From contig OZ242358.1 of assembly GCA_965208835.1 (NCBI GenBank), positions 1,248,001-1,312,000 on the forward strand: 64,000 nucleotides of DNA, written 5' to 3'. The stretch's first letter is position 1. The number at the start of each line of letters is the position of its first letter. Made by a program: the position numbers and the translations under genes. A model generated the notes under the pieces. It was given only the letters and a program-made list of their open reading frames with translations. It ran no database searches and was not told the DNA's origin. Shown here piece after piece: positions 60,031 through 64,000 of this stretch. Source of the DNA: Candidatus Latescibacterota bacterium (GTDB lineage Bacteria > Latescibacterota > UBA2968 > GCA-2709665).

Positions 60031-60768
60031 TCAGTACGTGGCGCGTCCGCCGCTGACGTCGTAGCACTGACCCGTTGTAAAGGTGGCTTCGTCGGAGGCC
60101 AGAAAGTGTACCAATGCGGCGACCTCGCCGGGTTTGCCGAGGCGGCCCATCGGTATTTTGGACGTGAGAACGGCGGCCCGTTCCGGATCCAGGCTCAGGG
60201 TCATTTCGGTTTCGATGAGTGCGGGCGCGACGCAATTGACCCTTATATTGTCGTCGAGCACCTCCTTTGCCAGTGCTTTCGTGAAACAGATGACACCGGC
60301 TTTGGAGACAGAGTAGGCGGCCATGTTGGCGTTTCCCTCCTTGCCCGAGATCGAGGCGATGGAGACGATCGCACCCCTCTTGCGCTTCGCCATGTGAGGG
60401 ACGACGGCGCGTGAACAGAGGAAGACTCCCTTGAGGTTGGTGCCTATCACCCTGTCCCAGTCTGCTTCGCTCAGGTCCCTCACCGGCGCCTCCGGACCCA
60501 CAACGCCGGCATTATTGACCAGGATATCGATCTGACCGAGGCGGCCCAGAACGGTGTTCACCATGCGGGTCACATCCTCGCTTCCGGATACATCCGCTTT
60601 CAGGGCGAGGCTTATGGTGGAAGACGGGACGGTCGGCGGATCGAGGTCCGCGATGGCGACGGTCGCGCCCGCGGTCGCCAGGCGGTCCGCGATGGCGGAC
60701 CCGATGCCCCTGGCTGCGCCGGTGACGAGGGCAACCCGGCCGGTGAGGTCCATGAACGTCTCTGTCAT
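60031..60768 (-). CDS. Short-chain dehydrogenase/reductase (FabG-like)
   Basis: TGAARGIG, NNAG and YSVSK motifs. Confidence 0.93.
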   Translation of the reverse strand: MTETFMDLTGRVALVTGAARGIGSAIADRLATAGATVAIADLDPPTVPSSTISLALKADVSGSEDVTRMVNTVLGRLGQIDILVNNAGVVGPEAPVRDLSEADWDRVIGTNLKGVFLCSRAVVPHMAKRKRGAIVSIASISGKEGNANMAAYSVSKAGVICFTKALAKEVLDDNIRVNCVAPALIETEMTLSLDPERAAVLTSKIPMGRLGKPGEVAALVHFLASDEATFTTGQCYDVSGGRATY

Positions 60769-60820
60769 GGTTGTTCTCTCAATCGTTTACGTCTAACTTC
60801 GGAAAGAGGTGAGCCGATAG

Positions 60821-60970
60821 AGGAAAAGCTTGAAATCGGGAAGACGGGAGCCGTGAGCCGTGAGAAGACGTCCTTGCCCCACCGGTTCTTCGTTTATGTC
60901 ACCGACAAGAAGTGAGACCACAAGGGGCAGGAAGTCTCTTGCGTCTCCCCTCTCCCTTCTCACCTCACTT
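60821..60970 (-). repeat. Interspersed long-hairpin element, copy 4 of 4
   Basis: Minus-strand core TTCCTGCCCC...TGTC-GGT-GACA...GGGCAAGGACGTCTTCTC with heptamer arms. Confidence 0.78.
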
Positions 60971-60979
60971 AGATTCAGT

Positions 60980-62053
60980 TCAGTCCATGTATTCGATGAG
61001 TTTCCGGTTCGCCCTCGAGAAAGCATAGTCTTCCAGACTCTCAGGCGAGACCCATCTCACGTCAGAGCAGTTGCGCGCGCGCGCCTCTCCGCCCGAATAG
61101 TCGCACTGAAAGGCGTGCATGGTCACGCTGAAATGGGTAAATGCGTGTTTGACGGTTCTGAACCGGTTCCGAACGGCCGCGTCGACGCCGGCTGCCTCGC
61201 GCACGGCGCGAATACAGGTGTCACTCAACGACTCTTCGTCCGCCTGACGTGCCGAGGGGAACTCCCAGAGCCCGCCGAGAAGTCCGTTTTCAGGCCGCCG
61301 GGCAATCAGGACGCAGTCTTTCCGGGATACGATTCCAACGCCCAGGATGTAATGAGGACGCGGTTTCTTTCGTGCTTTGACCGGGAGCGACTCCGCGATG
61401 CCGGCGCGAAAAGCGGCGCAATGTCCGTTTACGGGGCAGGAACCACAGCGGGGCGCTCGCGGTCGGCAGACCGTCGCGCCAAGTTCCATTATCGCCTGGT
61501 TGTGCTCGCCGGCGTCGCCGCTGTGCAGCAGGTTGTCCGCCAGTTTCTGGAGATTCGCTCTGGTGCGGGTTTGGCCCACGTCGTCCTGAATTCCGAAGAG
61601 ACGGCACAGTACGCGGACGACGTTGCCATCGAGTACGGCATAGTCCCGGTCGTAGGCAATGCTCAGGACCGCGGCCGTTGTGTAGGGGCCAAATCCGGGC
61701 AGTGAGGCGAGTTCGTCATAAACATCCGGCACGGCGCCGTCATGCCTGTCCACGATGTACTGGGCTGTCCTGTGGAGATTTCGGGCCCGGGTATAGTATC
61801 CAAGGCCCTCCCAGGCCTTGAGAACCCGGTCCCGCGGCGTACTTGCGAGAGCGTGAACGGTCGGAAAATCTCTCAGGAAACGCGTGTAGTAGGGAATAAC
61901 GGTCTCGACCTGTGTCTGCTGCAGCATGAACTCGGAGAGCAGGACGTGGTATGGATCGGTCGTATCTCGCCACGGAAGATCCCGCTTCTCCCGTCGATAC
62001 CAGGCGAGCAGACCTCGTTTTATCGCCGCACGTTTGGATGGTTTGATCGCCAT
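60980..62053 (-). CDS. mutY: A/G-specific adenine glycosylase
   Basis: RDLPWR, SEFMLQQTQV, WEGLGYY, LDGNV, the CRPRAPRCGSCP...C Fe-S motif and a C-terminal NUDIX-like domain. Confidence 0.97.
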   Translation of the reverse strand: MAIKPSKRAAIKRGLLAWYRREKRDLPWRDTTDPYHVLLSEFMLQQTQVETVIPYYTRFLRDFPTVHALASTPRDRVLKAWEGLGYYTRARNLHRTAQYIVDRHDGAVPDVYDELASLPGFGPYTTAAVLSIAYDRDYAVLDGNVVRVLCRLFGIQDDVGQTRTRANLQKLADNLLHSGDAGEHNQAIMELGATVCRPRAPRCGSCPVNGHCAAFRAGIAESLPVKARKKPRPHYILGVGIVSRKDCVLIARRPENGLLGGLWEFPSARQADEESLSDTCIRAVREAAGVDAAVRNRFRTVKHAFTHFSVTMHAFQCDYSGGEARARNCSDVRWVSPESLEDYAFSRANRKLIEYMD

Positions 62054-62071
62054 GTCTTCTGTTGGTGAACC

Positions 62072-62389
62072 TCACGTCGCCGCACCGGGACGGTCTTCTT
62101 TCCGGCGACGTTTCTCTTCGGCAATATCGCTGGCGTGACCCTTGACGACGTCCGGCGGGCTGCTTCTGATCAAATGCTGCAAAGCCAGCAGGAACAACAG
62201 GATATCTTCGCCATATCCCAGGTGGGGGAACAACGCTTCCGGCAACAGGTCCACCGGCGAAATCCCGTAGAGAATGACCAGGTAGACCAGCAGTTTGCTG
62301 TACCACGGTACGCGCGGGTCTTTCATCAGACGCCAGGACAGTCTGATATATTGGGGCAGGCGAAAGAGAATGGAGATGAGGCCGCGCAT
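62072..62389 (-). CDS. YkvA/DUF1232 family membrane protein
   Basis: DPRVPWYSK, YGISPVDLLPE and LGYGED motifs; start uncertain. Confidence 0.82.
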   Translation of the reverse strand: MRGLISILFRLPQYIRLSWRLMKDPRVPWYSKLLVYLVILYGISPVDLLPEALFPHLGYGEDILLFLLALQHLIRSSPPDVVKGHASDIAEEKRRRKEDRPGAAT

Positions 62390-62435
62390 GGCAGTAGCGG
62401 TCGGGGTCAGATGGACGCAATACACGTTTTCCTGT

Positions 62436-63428
62436 CTAACCCCTGCCAAGATAGGATCTGACCCTGGGGTGACTCAGCACGTCCGGATTGATGATGTGCG
62501 CGGGTTCCCGACCCTCCAGGGCGTCGGTGACCTGGCCGTAGGTCCTGTGGTCCAGGCGCACCGCCGAAGCGTCGGTCATGCCGGCGTTGTGATTGGTACA
62601 GATGATACGCGGATGCCCCTTGTGGATGGCGCGGGGGCCGTCCACCGGGTCGTCTACAACGTAGTACCAGAGTCGTTCTTCGACAATGGCGCGGTTGACG
62701 GCAACGTCGTCCACCAGAGTTCCCCTCGAGGGGTTGATCAGGGAAGCGTGGGGCGGCATGGCGCAGAGCAGATCGTAGGTGACAATGGCGTCCGCGCCGG
62801 ATACGTGCAGGGAGACGGTGTCGCATTCCCTGAACAGGTCGATTGGATCGCCGACCGGCTCCGCCCCGTACTGCGACGCGAGTTCGGCGATGTCTGGGCG
62901 GACGTCGTAGACGAGCAGGCGCCCCCTGTCGCCCAGAAGCGGTTTCGCGCGTTCGGCGACGGCCTGGCCGATGCGCCCGAATCCGTAAAGGCCAAGCGTG
63001 GTTTCCGCGGCTTCGTAGGTTCTGATGAGAGAGAAGTCGCCGCTGTGGGAGAGCTGGTTCAGGGTGTAGACGCGCTTCAGCGTCGCCATCCACTGGGCAA
63101 TGGTGTATTCGGCCACCGTGACCAGGTGTTCCGGGGCGATGGTGACGATCACGCCGTGTCGTGTGGCCGCATCGAGGTTGACTTTCTCGTAACCGACGCC
63201 CCACCGGGAGATGATTCGCAGGTCCGTTGCGGCTTCGTAGAAGCTCTCGTGAATATGCGAGGAACTCGCGATAACGCCAACCACGCCGTCGGCATCGTCT
63301 TCAGTCAGTTCGCCCGAATAGTAATCCACGTTTGCAAACCTGGCCAGTCCATCCATCCCCTGCCGGCGGCTGTCCGAGTCGAATTCGGGGTTCCGCATGT
63401 TGGCGGACAACAGGATTCTCTTTTGCAT
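62436..63428 (-). CDS. D-isomer-specific 2-hydroxyacid dehydrogenase family protein
   Basis: SRWGVGYEKV, GLYGFGRIG, INPSRG and HNAG motifs. Confidence 0.9.
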   Translation of the reverse strand: MQKRILLSANMRNPEFDSDSRRQGMDGLARFANVDYYSGELTEDDADGVVGVIASSSHIHESFYEAATDLRIISRWGVGYEKVNLDAATRHGVIVTIAPEHLVTVAEYTIAQWMATLKRVYTLNQLSHSGDFSLIRTYEAAETTLGLYGFGRIGQAVAERAKPLLGDRGRLLVYDVRPDIAELASQYGAEPVGDPIDLFRECDTVSLHVSGADAIVTYDLLCAMPPHASLINPSRGTLVDDVAVNRAIVEERLWYYVVDDPVDGPRAIHKGHPRIICTNHNAGMTDASAVRLDHRTYGQVTDALEGREPAHIINPDVLSHPRVRSYLGRG

Positions 63429-63463
63429 GCATTCCCTCGTTTTAAGACAGCTTCTTAATGGTG

Positions 63464-64000
63464 TTACGCGTTCTGCCGATTCACGATTTCCTGTACGATT
63501 TCCCGCAGGACGCTGCGCTGGACCTTTCCCGTGGAAGTCATCGGCAGGCGGTCCGGATCGAACGGTATGGTCTTGAAGGGTGCTTCAAAGGGACTCAGGT
63601 TCGCCACGGCCCCCGCTCGTCCCGCGTCGAGTATACGCCTGGCTGCTTCCACCTGCATTTCGGGCGCCATCCCGTTGCGGAAGACCAGCGCGGCGCAAAC
63701 GTCCTGTCCCCAGCGTTTGTCCTCCAGGCCCGTGACGTAGGCCGCGGCGAGATCGGGAAAGGCTTCCACGAGGGCGTTTTCAACCGCTATAGGCGAGATG
63801 TTCACGCCGCCCTTGATAACGATCTCCTTCTTTCGGCTGTGTACGACGTAGTAATTCCGGCCGCCGATGGTGCGCCGGAGCCCGATATCGCCGGTGTGAA
63901 ACCAGCCGTTCCGGAAGACTTCCTCCGTGGCTCCGGGCTGGTTGAGGTAGCCGCCGGATACGACCGGCCCGCGAACCAGAATTTCACCCGCTTCGCCGGG
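63464..64000 (-). CDS. AMP-dependent synthetase/acyl-CoA ligase, 3' part (start lies beyond the window)
   Basis: Frame is open from 64000: GEILVRGPVVSGGYL...GWFHTGD...KGGVNISP...LPMTSTGKVQR. Confidence 0.9.
   Translation of the reverse strand, partial: PGEAGEILVRGPVVSGGYLNQPGATEEVFRNGWFHTGDIGLRRTIGGRNYYVVHSRKKEIVIKGGVNISPIAVENALVEAFPDLAAAYVTGLEDKRWGQDVCAALVFRNGMAPEMQVEAARRILDAGRAGAVANLSPFEAPFKTIPFDPDRLPMTSTGKVQRSVLREIVQEIVNRQNA

Noticed and set aside
1-64000. Alternative genetic code with TGA as a sense codon
   Set aside because: Conserved genes such as lon, thrB, mutY and rsgA end in TGA at or near their expected lengths.

Overview
GC-rich bacterial chromosomal window with no rRNA, tRNA, CRISPR array or intact transposase. 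The gene content suggests a diderm, possibly Latescibacterota-like or host-associated lineage, but that is inference only. A housekeeping backbone (tsaC, thrB, hemW, lepB, lepA, menC-like, lon, M32 carboxypeptidase, rsgA, two LolC/E permeases, mutY, several dehydrogenases and enolases) is interrupted by two accessory clusters (2.7-14.3 kb and 41.2-45.3 kb) of secreted modular proteins. Seven intact genes (six in these clusters, one in the housekeeping run) carry a paired DxDGDGxxGFxDFxxFAxxFG dockerin/EF-hand-like tag. The tag is fused to interchangeable cargo: internalin-type LRRs, CARDB-like, FN3, NHL or FG-GAP repeats, and HExxH metalloproteases. One protein also has a cohesin-like domain. 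Between these genes lie decayed copies of the same modules, and three of them are followed by a lipoprotein gene or a remnant of one, which looks like a recombining cassette array. The ORF track missed three genes: a one-polypeptide GAF-PAS-kinase-receiver-winged-helix regulator, a CxxU Rdx/SelW selenoprotein with a candidate SECIS hairpin, and a 54-aa membrane protein. Intergenic DNA holds several structured repeat families, including a four-copy hairpin element with a covarying stem and MITE-like elements sitting at stop codons.
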